Shown here piece after piece: positions 10,306 to 22,382 of a DNA stretch of 64,000 bases; within the stretch, counting starts at the first letter, position 1; each line of letters starts with the position of its first letter. Location: contig JANRIL010000040.1 of assembly GCA_033764955.1 (NCBI GenBank), positions 1-64,000 on the forward strand. The letters are read 5' to 3'. The notes beneath the pieces are model-generated. The model saw only the letters and a list, made by a program, of their open reading frames with translations. It was not told the DNA's origin and did no database searches. Origin of the DNA: Cyanobacteriota bacterium (lineage in GTDB: Bacteria; Cyanobacteriota; Cyanobacteriia; Thermostichales; Thermostichaceae). A program made the position numbers and the translations under genes.

Positions 10306-11133
10306 CTAGCGTAGCGAAGAAACTCCCACTGTGGAGGGATTGCCGTCACTGGGTAAGGATTCAATCCGCACAAAACCGATCACCTCCAAAGCTTGGGGGG
10401 TGAGAGCCAGCTTCAAAACCCGCACCGTTAACCCCTGCGCTTCTAAATCCTGCAAGTTAAACACCACATTCAGGCCACCCAGAAAGGCGCTGGAAATCTC
10501 GTCGGGAACCCGCACTGACCCAATGGTAAATTCGGGGTTAACCAACCGCACCTGCTGGCCATTTTCCACGGCAAAGCCCGCCACAAACAAGATTTCTACG
10601 GATTCTTCCGAAGGTTGTCCATCGGGGGTGCGTTGCACCAGTTGAGCAGAGAGTTGAATGCGGTTATCGGGCAAAAACTGCGCCTGGGGATCGCGTAGGT
10701 CAAAGCGGGTTTGGGGTTGTCCGGGCAGATCGGCTTTCAGATCTTGGAACTGTTCTAGTACCTCGGGAGATTGTAGCGCGGTGTTGAGATCCTCAACGGT
10801 GACCACGACGCGAATGGCCGCCTGCAAAGCCCGCTCTAGCTCGAGGGGTTGTCCCTGCAAAACACTGGGATTGATGGCGAGGGGATCCGTTTCCAACTCC
10901 AGGATGTCGATGCGGGGAAAGGGCTTGCGATAAAGTCCACGTCCGGCGATCAGCAACCGATCCGCTTCCCCCTGCAACAGCCGATAGTTGGGGGTGCTTT
11001 GGATCTGCACTTCTAGTACTTCCGCTTGATCCAGTTCTTGTAGGAGAAATTGCCGAGCGGATTGGTTGGCTAGATATCCGGCTCCAACCCCAAGATTGGC
11101 AATCAGTGCCAGTAAGCCTGCCAAAATATCCAT
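10306..11133 (-). CDS. DUF2993/LmeA-like protein
   Basis: N-terminal hydrophobic segment; TPNYRLLQG and LELETDP motifs of the cyanobacterial family. Confidence 0.7.
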   Translation of the reverse strand: MDILAGLLALIANLGVGAGYLANQSARQFLLQELDQAEVLEVQIQSTPNYRLLQGEADRLLIAGRGLYRKPFPRIDILELETDPLAINPSVLQGQPLELERALQAAIRVVVTVEDLNTALQSPEVLEQFQDLKADLPGQPQTRFDLRDPQAQFLPDNRIQLSAQLVQRTPDGQPSEESVEILFVAGFAVENGQQVRLVNPEFTIGSVRVPDEISSAFLGGLNVVFNLQDLEAQGLTVRVLKLALTPQALEVIGFVRIESLPSDGNPSTVGVSSLR

Positions 11134-11202
11134 AGATGAACGGTAAGGGGGAAACGCCTAAGCCCAAGTCTACTGAAAATATTGATGAGAATTTATCGGT
11201 TT

Positions 11203-14200
11203 TTATCGAGATGCCTGGGCAGCCTGCTGTAGAACCTGCCGGAGGGGATCCATCTGAATGGGTTTAGCCAAATAATCATCCATGCCGGCCTCCCGACATT
11301 CTGCTTGCGATTCTTGCAGCGCATGGGCGGTCAGGGCAATGATCCAGGGTTGCTGGGATCCCGGCCAGGTTTGCGCCCGAATCCGGCGGCTTGCCGTCAA
11401 TCCATCCATAATCGGCATTTGTAGATCCATCAAAATCACGTCATAGGAGTGGTCGGACAGCCGTTCCAATGCGGCCTGACCATTTTCCACCAGATCTGCT
11501 TGGTAGCCCAACCGCCTGAGCATAAATCCAATCACCTGCTGGTTGACCGGATGATCTTCGGCTACTAAGATTTTTAACGGAAATTGGCTAGCAAAACTCT
11601 GCTCAGGTCGGATGGCAGCAGGGGTAGCCCCAGCAAGGGAGGGATCCCAAAGGCGGCTGAGCAGTGGATAGACCTGAGACCTCTTAATCGGTAGAGGTAG
11701 CTGCCCCGCCACAGGAAAGGAGGGGGGGATCCCTGGCCAAGCCCCCAGTAACACAATCGGGACAGGGTGACCTATCGACCGAAGGACGGCTTCCACTTCA
11801 GATAATAAGGAAGCTGCCACGATCACCCCGTCGCACCCCTGCTGCAAAAGGGATTGGATCTGACTCTGGTCTTGAGTCTCCAGCAGGGTGACCCGCACCT
11901 GGCAGGCTTGTAGATACTGCTGCAAATGCAGACGGTTGAGGCTATCCTTGGCAATCAGCAATAGGTGTTTATCCACAGGGATCCCTAGGTTGGCGATTTT
12001 CTCGCTAGCGGGCTGACGCGCTGGACAAGGAATCTCTATCTGGAAGGTGGATCCCACCCCGACTTGGCTGGTCAGGGTCAGTGTTCCTCCCATCAATTGA
12101 CAGAGTTGCTGGCTAATGGCTAGTCCCAACCCAGTTCCCCCATAGCGGCGGGTAATGGAACTGTCCCCTTGGCTGAAGGGTTGAAAGAGGCGGGCTTGTT
12201 GCTCCTCCGGAATGCCAATGCCTGTGTCCTGTACGCGGATTTGCAAGGTATGGCGGGGGGGATCTATAGGGGGATCCTCGTTGAGGGGTTGGGATCCCGC
12301 CTGGATAAGGATGAAGCCTGTTTCTGTGAATTTCAGGGCATTGCCCACTAAATTGATCAATATCTGCCGTAACCGCGTCTCATCCCCCCAGCACATATCT
12401 GGGGTTGTCGGATCAATCCAGGCGGCCAATTCGAGCTGCTGACTAATTGCTTTAGCAGCAAATAAGTCCAAAACCTGTTCGATGCAGCTACTCAAACGAA
12501 AGGAAGTCATTTCGAGTTCCAGTCGTTTGGATTCAATCTTGGAGATATCTAAAATATCATTGATTACGCTCAAGAGAGCTTCTCCTCCAATCCGAATCAT
12601 ATCGGCAAATGTTTTTTGCTGGGAAGAAAGGGGGGTATCCAACAACAAATCGGTTATGCCAATCACGGCATTCATCGGGGTGCGAATTTCATGACTCATC
12701 GCCGCCAAAAATTCACTTTTGGCTCGATTGGCGGTTTCAGCTTTTTCTTTAGCGGCTTGTAGCTCTGACTCGAATCGTTTGCGCTCCGTTACATCTCGGA
12801 TCAGAATTAAAACTTCGTCTTCTCCCGACAAGACAATCCGCACTTCTTCTGTTAGGGTCTCCCCATCCATCTCGATTTCCTGTTCATAAAGCTGAGGGTG
12901 TCCAGATACAAAAGCCTGCTCAACATAATGCATTCTTAAACTGACCAAATGAGGCGGTAACATTTGTTGGAGATTAACTCCCGGCACCACTTGCCCTGGG
13001 TTGTAGGGTTTGACGTAACTCCCCGGACGAAAATCCAGATAAGTCCCATCCCGCTTCATGCGAATCAGCAAATCGGGAATAGCCGCCACTAGGGCTTGAT
13101 TGGTGGCTTGGCTTTGCCGAAGAGCCATCTCAATTTGCTTGCGCTCCGTAATATCGAGGACAGTACCCAACAGGTGCGTGATCCGTCCCTCCCGATTGAT
13201 CACCACTTCCCCTCTGGCTTCTACTGTTCCGGTTGACCCATCGGCACGCACTATCCGCAAATCTAGTTGATAGGAGATCCCTTCCTGAATAGCTTGCTCA
13301 ACATGCCGCTTGAGCAGGAGCCAATCATCGGGGTGATAAAGCTGAGCTTGTGCGGAATAAGGAACTGCCTCTGACTGTGGCTCTAGGCCAAAAATGCGAA
13401 ATACTTCCTCCGTCCAGGTGACTTGATAGGTAGTTAAGTCATATTGCCAGCTTCCGATATGGGCAACCTGTTGGGCAAAACGGAGAGCATCGCGGCTTTC
13501 TCGCAGGGCCACTTCAGCGCGCTTTCGTTCGGTGATGTTTCGCCCTTCGGCAATCATTAAGATAACTTCCCCCCGAGTATTTTTGAGGGGACGCAACGAA
13601 AAATCAACGGTTGCTACAGTTTGATTGGATCCCCACACATCCACCTCATAGCGAATAAATTCTCCTTTGGCAGCCTGCTGGATAGCTGCTTTAACTTGAG
13701 AGCGGGTTGTGGGTGAAATTTGCCACCAATAGGTTTCCCAAACGTAGCGATCAAGCACCTGAGATGAGTCGATATTGCCAAAATCCAGAGCTGTTTGATT
13801 CACTTCAAGAATTTTTCCATCGGGAGCAAGTAGACCAATAAATTGAAAAGCCTGATCAAAAATAGACCGAAATTTTTCCTCGCTGAGCCGCAATGATTCT
13901 TCTGTTTTTTGGCGGCCCTCAATATCGGCTGACAATAGGGCATTGACCCGTTGCAGTTCTGCCGTCCGTTCCGCCACCAAATCCTCCAGATGATCGTTGG
14001 TTTGGCGTAGGGCTTGCTGACTGGCCAACCGTTCTTGATCCAGACGATTCAGTTGATAGGCACAGAGACCAATCAAAATACTCACCATTAACACCACCAA
14101 CGATACGCGGATCAACAGTCCCAGAGAGCTGTCATACCAGCCCAGTTTGCGTCCTTGCTCAATCAGCAGATTGATCAACACAATCAATCCGACCAACCAG

Positions 14201-14874
14201 GGCAAGAGTTGCCGAGCCATCACGCCGCCAATTGCAGAACTGGTCAAGATACGGATCCATCCCGCGTGGGGATCAAGCAACAACACCCCCAGAGCTAGCA
14301 CCCAAAAGCTAATGCCTGCATGGGTTGCGATTGAGAAATAATGGGTGACCAGCAGATTATCGATTTGACTATCAATGCCAAACAGATCGGCGATCAACGC
14401 CGGAAAGGTAGTGAACAATACCATGCCTGCCTGAATTTGGGCAAATCCCCTAGCCGCCGAGGATCCCCTAATCGAGAGCAGCAGCGCGGATCCCAGCAAA
14501 ACAAAGTTCAGCGCACTGAGGGGGGTCATTCGTCCCGGATAAGGAGTTTGAGAAATAAGATCCCGCGCCAACAACTGATCAATACCCACATTCCAGCCCA
14601 GGTAATACTCAACCAACGTGAGCAACCCCACCCCAATCACCCCCACCAATAAGCCTTGTACCCACAGCGGCGGCAATAAGGGTTGGGAGGAGATCCGCCA
14701 GCGCAGGCACACCCCCAGCAACAAAAAGCAGAGGGCTGTGTTAGCCTTCATCGTCGAGGAACTGCCCAAAGAGAGCAGTATCGGGATCCCTAGCCACCAA
14801 CTCACTAGCACCGCTCCGCCCATGACAATCCCAAACCAGGCAGCGTAAAGGACAACGGAGCGATGCCAATTCAT
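11203..14874 (-). CDS. Membrane hybrid sensor histidine kinase (multi-TM, 3 PAS, HisKA, HATPase, REC)
   Basis: MSHEIRTPMN, NLVGNALKFT, DTGIGI, GGTGLGL; C-terminal receiver LVAEDH...LMDLQMP. Confidence 0.95.
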   Translation of the reverse strand: MNWHRSVVLYAAWFGIVMGGAVLVSWWLGIPILLSLGSSSTMKANTALCFLLLGVCLRWRISSQPLLPPLWVQGLLVGVIGVGLLTLVEYYLGWNVGIDQLLARDLISQTPYPGRMTPLSALNFVLLGSALLLSIRGSSAARGFAQIQAGMVLFTTFPALIADLFGIDSQIDNLLVTHYFSIATHAGISFWVLALGVLLLDPHAGWIRILTSSAIGGVMARQLLPWLVGLIVLINLLIEQGRKLGWYDSSLGLLIRVSLVVLMVSILIGLCAYQLNRLDQERLASQQALRQTNDHLEDLVAERTAELQRVNALLSADIEGRQKTEESLRLSEEKFRSIFDQAFQFIGLLAPDGKILEVNQTALDFGNIDSSQVLDRYVWETYWWQISPTTRSQVKAAIQQAAKGEFIRYEVDVWGSNQTVATVDFSLRPLKNTRGEVILMIAEGRNITERKRAEVALRESRDALRFAQQVAHIGSWQYDLTTYQVTWTEEVFRIFGLEPQSEAVPYSAQAQLYHPDDWLLLKRHVEQAIQEGISYQLDLRIVRADGSTGTVEARGEVVINREGRITHLLGTVLDITERKQIEMALRQSQATNQALVAAIPDLLIRMKRDGTYLDFRPGSYVKPYNPGQVVPGVNLQQMLPPHLVSLRMHYVEQAFVSGHPQLYEQEIEMDGETLTEEVRIVLSGEDEVLILIRDVTERKRFESELQAAKEKAETANRAKSEFLAAMSHEIRTPMNAVIGITDLLLDTPLSSQQKTFADMIRIGGEALLSVINDILDISKIESKRLELEMTSFRLSSCIEQVLDLFAAKAISQQLELAAWIDPTTPDMCWGDETRLRQILINLVGNALKFTETGFILIQAGSQPLNEDPPIDPPRHTLQIRVQDTGIGIPEEQQARLFQPFSQGDSSITRRYGGTGLGLAISQQLCQLMGGTLTLTSQVGVGSTFQIEIPCPARQPASEKIANLGIPVDKHLLLIAKDSLNRLHLQQYLQACQVRVTLLETQDQSQIQSLLQQGCDGVIVAASLLSEVEAVLRSIGHPVPIVLLGAWPGIPPSFPVAGQLPLPIKRSQVYPLLSRLWDPSLAGATPAAIRPEQSFASQFPLKILVAEDHPVNQQVIGFMLRRLGYQADLVENGQAALERLSDHSYDVILMDLQMPIMDGLTASRRIRAQTWPGSQQPWIIALTAHALQESQAECREAGMDDYLAKPIQMDPLRQVLQQAAQASR

Positions 14875-15062
14875 AGTTCCTCTAAAGCTTGGCTATCTAC
14901 CAGAATCAATAACAATTAATCCATTAACATTGTTGCTGATGTCATTCCTCCCCTGCCCTTTTCCCAACCCCTCATCGGGGATCCATTGGTGCTTCCCGTG
15001 CATGTCCCTCCTAACCTCCTCCCTGCTAGCTGCCACCTCTTAGCAGATCCCCCAAAGGTGGC

Positions 15063-15497
15063 TTATTCATGGGGTAGTACCAATTCATCTAAAGCAGAAA
15101 TGGTTGCGGCAAGCCGCAGCAGTTGTTTGAGTAGCTCTGGATCCGAAATTTGTTGGAGCTGAGTCTTTATAGATTCAAGCAAAGAACCAAAACGAGCCTG
15201 TAAAACCTCGATGATGCTCGCATAGATCCCCTGTTGGATCCCGCGCCGTTCCACACTGGTCACATAAGGCATACGTCGCTCCTGCTCCAAGACCTGAACT
15301 TCCTGCCAATATTCTGCCTCTAACTCAGCAGGCAAGCGCATCATCCAATCGATAAAGCTAAATACAGCTAGGACTTGCTCCCGTTCATAGCCCTGCTCAT
15401 AGAGTCTACGAGTTAGCCAAAGCTCCCATCGTTGGCGTTTGGTTGGGGCATCATCCGTTGCTTGGGTTTTTAGATGCGCTAAGACAACTGTGGCCAA
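15063..15497 (-). pseudogene. 5'-truncated Rpn-like (PD-(D/E)XK putative transposase) gene
   Basis: ATVVLAHLKTQ...RRLYEQGYERE...FIDWMMRLP...MPYVTSVERRG matches the C-terminal half of the family; the N-terminal half is absent. Confidence 0.75.
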
Positions 15498-15833
15498 AAG
15501 ACTCGGATCTGATGACCAGCTCCGGCTTAGGATAACTCAACACCTTCACCACCCCTAAAGACCCGCTGAGTCCCCCACCATTCGGTTCTTTGGGTTGCTA
15601 GTTGATCCCCTGCGCAACGCCGGATCCCAGCTTTTGATTACTGGCATCCGTCACCCCCTCAGCCGCTAGAAAATCGGGATCCATAAATGATTGGCTTGAT
15701 TGGCTCAAACCTCAAAGACGACCAACCGCAAAGTAAGACGACGTTTTGCCAAAATATGTAAAATATACGGTTTGCAAAATTAACACTCCTTAATATACTT
15801 GATAAGAGTTGCATAAGTATTTCTTCCTAAACT

Positions 15834-17444
15834 ATGCCTGAATTTCCCTGGCTAACGTTGATTACGCTACTGCCAATCGTAGCGGTACTAGGGATCCCCT
15901 TGATCCCTGAGCAATCTCGCTCCCTTATTCGTGGGTATGCCTTGAGTGTCAGTCTGATCGACTTGGTGCTGATGGTTTATGTTTTTGTGTGTCATTATGA
16001 TTTACATAACTTTAGCTTGCAATTATTTGAGTCTTATGCTTGGATTCCCCAGTTGGGTTTGAATTGGTCGTTGGCGGTGGATGGCTTATCCATGCCTTTG
16101 GTTTTGTTGGCGGGCTTGGTCACCACGATGTCGGTGTTAGCCGCTTGGAAGGTGGAAAAGCGCCCACGGCTCTTCTTTAGCCTGATTTTGTTGATGTACG
16201 GTGCGCAGATTGGGGTATTTGCCGCTCAAGACATGTTGATGTTCTTCTTCATGTGGGAGCTGGAACTGATTCCTGTCTATCTGCTGATTGCCATCTGGGG
16301 GGGATCCAACCGTCAGTATGCGGCCACCAAGTTTTTGATTTATACCGCCGCCGCCTCTCTCTTTATCTTAGTGGGTGGGTTGGCAATGGCTTTTTATGGC
16401 GAAACCATCACTTTTGATATCTCCACGCTGGCGGTGAAGCAATATCCGCTTGGCTTGCAACTGCTGGTCTATGCTGGATTATTGATTGCCTTTGGTGTAA
16501 AGTTACCGATCTTCCCGCTGCATACCTGGTTGCCCGACGCCCATAGCGAAGCCTCCGCCCCAGTTTCCATGATTTTGGCAGGTGTTCTCCTGAAGATGGC
16601 TGGTTATGGCCTGATCCGCATGAATATTCAGATGCTGCCGGATGCCCACACCTACTTTGCTCCAGTCTTGGTGGTGTTGGGTGTCGTCAACATTATTTAT
16701 GGTGCGTTGGCGGCCTTCGGGCAGGGTCATATGAAGCGGCGCTTGGCCTATTCCAGCATTGCCCACATGGGCTTTGTCTTGATTGGAATTGCCTCTTTCA
16801 CAGATTTGGGCATCAACGGCGCGCTCCTGCAAATGCTCTCCCACGGCTTGATTGCGGCCACCCTCTTCTTCTTGACGGGCATTACCTACGAGCGTACTCA
16901 CACCCTCGTTATGGAAAAAATGGGTGGATTGGCTCAGCAGATGCCGAAAGTGTTTGCCCTCTTTACGACGGGGGCGCTGGCTTCCCTAGCCTTGCCGGGG
17001 ATGAGTGGATTTGTGGGTGAGTTGACGGTCTTTTTGGGATTGACCACCAGTGATGTCTATACTCCATCCTTCCGAGCGGGCATGGCATTGTTGGCGGCGG
17101 TGGGCTTAATCTTGACCCCGATTTATCTCTTGTCGATGTTGCGGCAGGTATTTTATGGTCGGGCAGATGGGGATTTGGTAGTGGAATCGTACCTGGGAGA
17201 TGCCAAGCCTCGTGAGATGGCGATTGCCCTCTGTCTGTTGATTCCCATCATCGGCATTGGTTTGTATCCAAAACTAGCCACCCAAACGTATGATGTAACC
17301 ACCCTGGCCATCTCCACGGATCTCCGCAATGGTTCTCCGGTGATGCTGGCGCAGCAGTTACGCTCTCCCCTCTACTCCCTGTTGTCGGCTAAGCCGCAAT
17401 TGGCTACCGCTGATACCGGATCTATCTTGATTGCTGCTGAATAG
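15834..17444 (+). CDS. ndhD2: NAD(P)H-quinone oxidoreductase subunit 4 (NdhD2-like)
   Basis: [49 protein letters not shown] resembles the D2 paralog. Confidence 0.88.
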   Translation: MPEFPWLTLITLLPIVAVLGIPLIPEQSRSLIRGYALSVSLIDLVLMVYVFVCHYDLHNFSLQLFESYAWIPQLGLNWSLAVDGLSMPLVLLAGLVTTMSVLAAWKVEKRPRLFFSLILLMYGAQIGVFAAQDMLMFFFMWELELIPVYLLIAIWGGSNRQYAATKFLIYTAAASLFILVGGLAMAFYGETITFDISTLAVKQYPLGLQLLVYAGLLIAFGVKLPIFPLHTWLPDAHSEASAPVSMILAGVLLKMAGYGLIRMNIQMLPDAHTYFAPVLVVLGVVNIIYGALAAFGQGHMKRRLAYSSIAHMGFVLIGIASFTDLGINGALLQMLSHGLIAATLFFLTGITYERTHTLVMEKMGGLAQQMPKVFALFTTGALASLALPGMSGFVGELTVFLGLTTSDVYTPSFRAGMALLAAVGLILTPIYLLSMLRQVFYGRADGDLVVESYLGDAKPREMAIALCLLIPIIGIGLYPKLATQTYDVTTLAISTDLRNGSPVMLAQQLRSPLYSLLSAKPQLATADTGSILIAAE

Positions 17445-17479
17445 CTATTTTCATACCTGTTGGAATCGTCATTGTCTGC

Positions 17480-18673
17480 ATGTCGTCGCTTCCCCATGTC
17501 CTATCTATCAGCAACGGTCATGGGGAAGATCAGGTGGCTAGCCGCATCGCTGCCGAGCTACTCAAACTTGACATGCGGGTGAGTGCCTTACCGATTGTGG
17601 GAGAAGGCAAAGCCTATCAACATTTAGGGATCCCCCTCTTAGGAACGACACAAGTCATGCCTTCGGGGGGATTTATTTATCAAGACTGGCGACAGTTTTG
17701 GCGAGACATTCAAGGGGGATTGCTGGGGCTAACCTGGCGGCAGCTCAGATGGATTGGGCAAATGCGGCGGCAGGTGGATTTAATCCTGGCGGTGGGAGAT
17801 ATTGTGCCCCTGCTGATGGCTTGGCAAAGTCAACGTCCCTATGCGTTTGTTGGTACGGCCAAATCGGATTACTATTTTCGGGATGAAGGGGGGCTTTATC
17901 GGCGGATCCCTTGGTTGCAGCCTGTTTCTGATTATTTACCGTGGGAACGCTGGTTGATGAGTCGTCCCCGTTGTCGAGGATGTTTTGTGCGGGATGCTCT
18001 CACCGCTCAGCCATTGCAGGAGCGCCATTGTCCGGTTTGGCATTTGGGGAACCCGATGATGGATGGCCTAGAGCCGCCGACTACCTGGCCACTTCTGGGG
18101 GATTGTTTGGATCCGGCTCGTCCTGCCCTGCTACTTTTGCCCGGATCCCGCCCTCCCGAAGCCTATGCCAACTGGCGGCAGATGGTCGCGGTTGTGGGGG
18201 CATTGGATCCTACGATTCAACCGTTTGCAGCAATTACCCCCAATCTCCAGCCAGAACGGTTGAGGGAGATGGCGCAACCTCTGCGGATCCCGTTGCTGAC
18301 GGGTCGGTTTGCCGAATGTTTGCATCGAGCCGAGGTGGTGTTGGCGATGGCGGGCACAGCCACGGAACAGGCGGTAGGGTTGGGCAAGCCCGTGGTGACA
18401 CTGCCCGGTCTAGGTCCTCAATTTACGGCCAAATTTGCTGAGGCACAGACTCGTTTGCTGGGATCCTCAATTTTTCTGGCCACCCCCAGCACCGCCGCCG
18501 CCACCATCCAACACCTGCTAACTCGCCTGCAATCGGATCCCGACTTTCGCCCTCAACGGCAAGCCCACGGACAGCGGCGGATGGGATCCCCAGGGGCTTC
18601 TCAACGGATTGCCCAGCAGATCCAGAAGATGTTATCCCCTTCGATTTCAAATCAAGCGGGATTGGGAGGTTAA
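17480..18673 (+). CDS. Lipid-A-disaccharide synthase-related protein
   Basis: SNGHGED, MPSGGF, GNPMMD, LLPGSR, AMAGTATEQ. Confidence 0.88.
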   Translation: MSSLPHVLSISNGHGEDQVASRIAAELLKLDMRVSALPIVGEGKAYQHLGIPLLGTTQVMPSGGFIYQDWRQFWRDIQGGLLGLTWRQLRWIGQMRRQVDLILAVGDIVPLLMAWQSQRPYAFVGTAKSDYYFRDEGGLYRRIPWLQPVSDYLPWERWLMSRPRCRGCFVRDALTAQPLQERHCPVWHLGNPMMDGLEPPTTWPLLGDCLDPARPALLLLPGSRPPEAYANWRQMVAVVGALDPTIQPFAAITPNLQPERLREMAQPLRIPLLTGRFAECLHRAEVVLAMAGTATEQAVGLGKPVVTLPGLGPQFTAKFAEAQTRLLGSSIFLATPSTAAATIQHLLTRLQSDPDFRPQRQAHGQRRMGSPGASQRIAQQIQKMLSPSISNQAGLGG

Positions 18674-19180
18674 CACCAGCTTGAGACGGGCGTGGATCAA
18701 ATCCAGTTGGGCTAGACCCAGATCAATCTCCCCATCCACCACAATGCCTGTAGTAATCAAGCGATCCAACAGTTCCAAAATAGAGGCATCCCGACTGGCC
18801 TGTCCGGGATAATAACTGCCTGGTTTGGGCAATAGGCTACCCATCTCCCCCAGATGAATATTGAGATCGGCTGGGTCAATCTCCAAGACCTCGCAGATGG
18901 AAATAATTTGTGTTTGGAGAGACTGCAAACTTTGTCCGGCGCGCTCAATTTCCCCGTCACTCAACTGTCCCGCTTCCATCCGCCGCACGATTTGCGCCTC
19001 CATCAACTGTCGAATTAACTCCACCACAGTCAACACCAGCGAAGCCAGTCCCGACTGTTTTCCCTTGCTGGGGGATCCCGCTAGCGTGAGGGGAGGGGAA
19101 GACGAACTGACCTCCGTAAAGTCAGTGGCTTGAGCGGGGCTAATTTGCCAAGCATCGGCCTCAGGATCGGGCATGGTCAA
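18647..19180 (-). CDS. gvpK: Gas vesicle protein K
   Basis: [26 protein letters not shown] plus a C-terminal GvpA-like [14 protein letters not shown]. Confidence 0.92.
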   Translation of the reverse strand: MTMPDPEADAWQISPAQATDFTEVSSSSPPLTLAGSPSKGKQSGLASLVLTVVELIRQLMEAQIVRRMEAGQLSDGEIERAGQSLQSLQTQIISICEVLEIDPADLNIHLGEMGSLLPKPGSYYPGQASRDASILELLDRLITTGIVVDGEIDLGLAQLDLIHARLKLVLTSQSRLI

Positions 19181-22125
19181 TCCTCAGGCATCGAACAGGA
19201 ACAGACCAAATGGCGATCGCCATAGGCATTATCAATGCGGCTGACACTTGGCCAAAACTTGTGTTGACGTAACCAAGGCAGGGGATAGGCGGCTCGTTCA
19301 CGGGAGTAGGGACGATCCCAATGGTCTTGGAGCAGCACCTCCGCGGTGTGGGGCGCATTTTTCAAGAGGTTATGGTGGGGATCGGCCAGACCTTGTTCAA
19401 TCTCGGCGATCTCGGCGCGGATAGCCATCATTGCCTCAGCAAAGCGATCCATCTCCACTTTAGACTCGCTCTCGGTGGGTTCAATCATGACGGTTCCCGC
19501 CACAGGCCAAGACACCGTGGGAGCATGAAACCCATAATCCATTAGCCGTTTGGCAATATCCTCCACTTCGATACCCGCGCTGCGTTTGAATTGCCGCAGA
19601 TCCAAAATACACTCGTGAGCCACCAATCCATTTTCTCCTTTATAGAGAACCGGATAGTAGGGATCCAGTCGGTGCGCCAGATAGTTCGCGTTCAAGATGG
19701 CCACTTCACTGGCTAAGCGCAGGCCACGGGATCCCATAAGGGTGATATAGACCCAAGAGATCGGCAGAATGCTGGCACTTCCCCAGGGAGCCGCTGCCAC
19801 CGCCCCAATCGCCGTTGTTTCGCCGATCTGCATCAGGCGATGTCCCGGCAAAAAAGGTAGCAAATGGGCGGCCACCCCAATCGGTCCCATGCCAGGGCCA
19901 CCGCCGCCGTGGGGAATGCAAAAGGTTTTGTGCAGGTTGAGATGGCAGACATCCGCCCCCAATTCGGCGGGACGACATAACCCTACCTGAGCATTCAGAT
20001 TGGCTCCATCCAGATAAACCTGGCCGCCGTAGGCATGGATGGTTTGGCAAATCGCCTGGATACCCGTCTCAAACACGCCGTGGGTGGAGGGATAGGTGAT
20101 CATGAGGGCGGCCAGCTCATGCTGGTGTTGGGCGGCTTTGGCCTGTAGATCGGCGTGATCGATATTGCCAGCACTATCGCAGGCTACCGGCACCACCCGC
20201 ATCCCCGCCATCACCGCACTGGCCGGATTGGTGCCGTGGGCGGATTGAGGGATCAAACAAATATGCCGATGGCTTTCCCCCCGTTGCTGATGGTAGGCGC
20301 GGATCACCAGCAATCCCGCATATTCCCCCTGGGATCCGGCATTGGGCTGGAGAGAGACCCCTGCAAATCCGGTAATTTCCGCCAGCATCCCCTCCAATTG
20401 CTCAAAGAGAATCTGGTAGCCACGGGTTTGATCAAGGGGAGCAAAAGGATGGATCTGGGCAAACTCCGGCCAACTGACAGGCAGCATCTCGGCGGTGGCA
20501 TTCAGCTTCATGGTGCAGGAGCCAAGGGGGATCATCGAGGTGGTGAGGGAAAGATCCTTGGCTTGCAGGCGATGCAGATAGCGCAGTAGCTCAGTTTCGG
20601 AGTGATAGCGATTAAAAACCGGATGGGTGAGAAAGGAGCTGGTGCGGGCAAAGAGATCCGGCAAAGGGGGGATCCCTTCCGTCATGACGTGATCAACCGG
20701 AAAGGCTAGGGGCGTATCCCCAGCAAAAATCTCCCACAACTCCACAACATCCTGCGAGCGGGTGGTTTCATCCAGAGTGATGCCGATGCTCGACTCATCC
20801 AGTTGGCGCAGATTGATCTGACGGCGTTGAGCCTCCTGGATCAGGTGGGTTGCGTTAGGAGTGGAAAGTTTAACCCGCAGCGTATCAAAAATGGGGGTGG
20901 ATCCCGTGCGGTAGCCCAACATGTGCAGCCCCCTTTGTAAGGTGAGGGTGAGACGGCGAATCCGCTCCGCAATCGCTTTTAGCCCCTTGGGGCCATGATA
21001 GACGGCATACATACTAGCCATGATTGCCAGCAACACTTGGGCGGTGCAGATATTGCTGGTGGCTTTATCGCGGCGGATGTGCTGTTCACGGGTTTGCAGC
21101 GCCAGTCGCAGGGCGGGCTGACCCTGGGCATCGTGGGAGGCTCCCACCAACCGTCCTGGCAGATGCCGCTTATAACTTTCGCGAGTGGCAAAGTAAGCGG
21201 CGTGAGGGCCACCATAGCCAAGGGGAATGCCAAACCGTTGACTGCTGCCCACCACCACATCGGCTCCCCATTCGCCGGGGGGAGTCAACAACACAAGGCT
21301 GAGCAAATCGGCAGCTACCGTCACCAAAAGACCCCGTTGGTGAGCCTGTTCAACCAAGGGACGATAATCCATAATCCCCCCATCACTGGCGGGATAGCTG
21401 AGGATCAAGCCAAAAAAACGCTCATCCAGCTCCGCCTGACCGGGATCCCCAACCACAATCTCAATACCCAGGGGTTGGGCACGGGTGGTCAACACCTCCA
21501 CCACCTGCGGATGGCACCCCTGATCCACCCAATAACAATGGGATCCCTTAGCGAGGGCGTAGCTCATGGTCATCGCTTCTGCCGCCGCCGTTGCTTCATC
21601 GAGCAACGAGGCATTAGCAATATCCATCCCCGTCAGATCGCTGATCATCGTTTGAAAGTTGAGGAGAGCCTCCAAGCGCCCCTGGGCAATTTCCGCTTGA
21701 TAGGGAGTGTATTGGGTATACCAGCCGGGGTTTTCCAAGATGTTGCGGGCAATCACGGGTGGGGTCACACAGTTGGCATAGCCCATTCCCAAATAGGAGC
21801 GAAAGGGTTGATTTTGTTGAGCTATCTCCCTGAGTTCGGCTAGCCCCTCTGCTTCCGAACATCCCGTCGATAATCGGAGGGGTTGCTGGGTGAGAATGTC
21901 CTGTGGAACCGCTTTTGCGATCAAATCCTGGAGGGTGGCATATCCCAACTCCTGCAACATCTCCTGAATCTGCTCAGGGGTGGGGCCAATGTGACGACGG
22001 ACAAAACTACTCGGTGCGGCTAGCTCCTCCAGTCCATGATCGGGGCGGGAGGCGGGGGAAGGGATGGGAATGGATAGAGGAATCGGAGTCAGCAACGAAG
22101 CAAGCGTGTTGTCTGTTTCTAGCAT
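19177..22125 (-). CDS. gcvP: Glycine dehydrogenase (glycine cleavage P protein)
   Basis: [38 protein letters not shown]; start placed at ATG 22125. Confidence 0.98.
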   Translation of the reverse strand: MLETDNTLASLLTPIPLSIPIPSPASRPDHGLEELAAPSSFVRRHIGPTPEQIQEMLQELGYATLQDLIAKAVPQDILTQQPLRLSTGCSEAEGLAELREIAQQNQPFRSYLGMGYANCVTPPVIARNILENPGWYTQYTPYQAEIAQGRLEALLNFQTMISDLTGMDIANASLLDEATAAAEAMTMSYALAKGSHCYWVDQGCHPQVVEVLTTRAQPLGIEIVVGDPGQAELDERFFGLILSYPASDGGIMDYRPLVEQAHQRGLLVTVAADLLSLVLLTPPGEWGADVVVGSSQRFGIPLGYGGPHAAYFATRESYKRHLPGRLVGASHDAQGQPALRLALQTREQHIRRDKATSNICTAQVLLAIMASMYAVYHGPKGLKAIAERIRRLTLTLQRGLHMLGYRTGSTPIFDTLRVKLSTPNATHLIQEAQRRQINLRQLDESSIGITLDETTRSQDVVELWEIFAGDTPLAFPVDHVMTEGIPPLPDLFARTSSFLTHPVFNRYHSETELLRYLHRLQAKDLSLTTSMIPLGSCTMKLNATAEMLPVSWPEFAQIHPFAPLDQTRGYQILFEQLEGMLAEITGFAGVSLQPNAGSQGEYAGLLVIRAYHQQRGESHRHICLIPQSAHGTNPASAVMAGMRVVPVACDSAGNIDHADLQAKAAQHQHELAALMITYPSTHGVFETGIQAICQTIHAYGGQVYLDGANLNAQVGLCRPAELGADVCHLNLHKTFCIPHGGGGPGMGPIGVAAHLLPFLPGHRLMQIGETTAIGAVAAAPWGSASILPISWVYITLMGSRGLRLASEVAILNANYLAHRLDPYYPVLYKGENGLVAHECILDLRQFKRSAGIEVEDIAKRLMDYGFHAPTVSWPVAGTVMIEPTESESKVEMDRFAEAMMAIRAEIAEIEQGLADPHHNLLKNAPHTAEVLLQDHWDRPYSRERAAYPLPWLRQHKFWPSVSRIDNAYGDRHLVCSCSMPED

Positions 22126-22382
22126 GATGGTGAGAAAAAGGAATGGGAAAAGAGGGATCCCCTGGACTTTCAGATGAGGCTCAACCGCCACTCGTTACCG
22201 CAATTCTGATATCGAGATCCAAAAAAATTAACAGAACGCAATAGGGAGACCCCTCAATTATACTCAGGGTCTTCAAACTGGCTGGAATGGTCTGCCGACC
22301 TGTGCAGAGCGGATAGGAACCCGTTGCCAGAGGCCGCTCATAAAATGTGAAGGATGATGAGTAAAAACAAGGATCGATTGGC

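Noticed and set aside
20995..21843. Long antisense ORFs (282 aa here; also 27378-28022, 40067-40672, 45428-46276)
   Set aside because: Shadow frames of real genes on the opposite strand, with no motifs
22126..22380. Possible glycine riboswitch upstream of gcvP
   Set aside because: No GGAGA...CCGAAG...CTCTCAGG aptamer core on the minus strand
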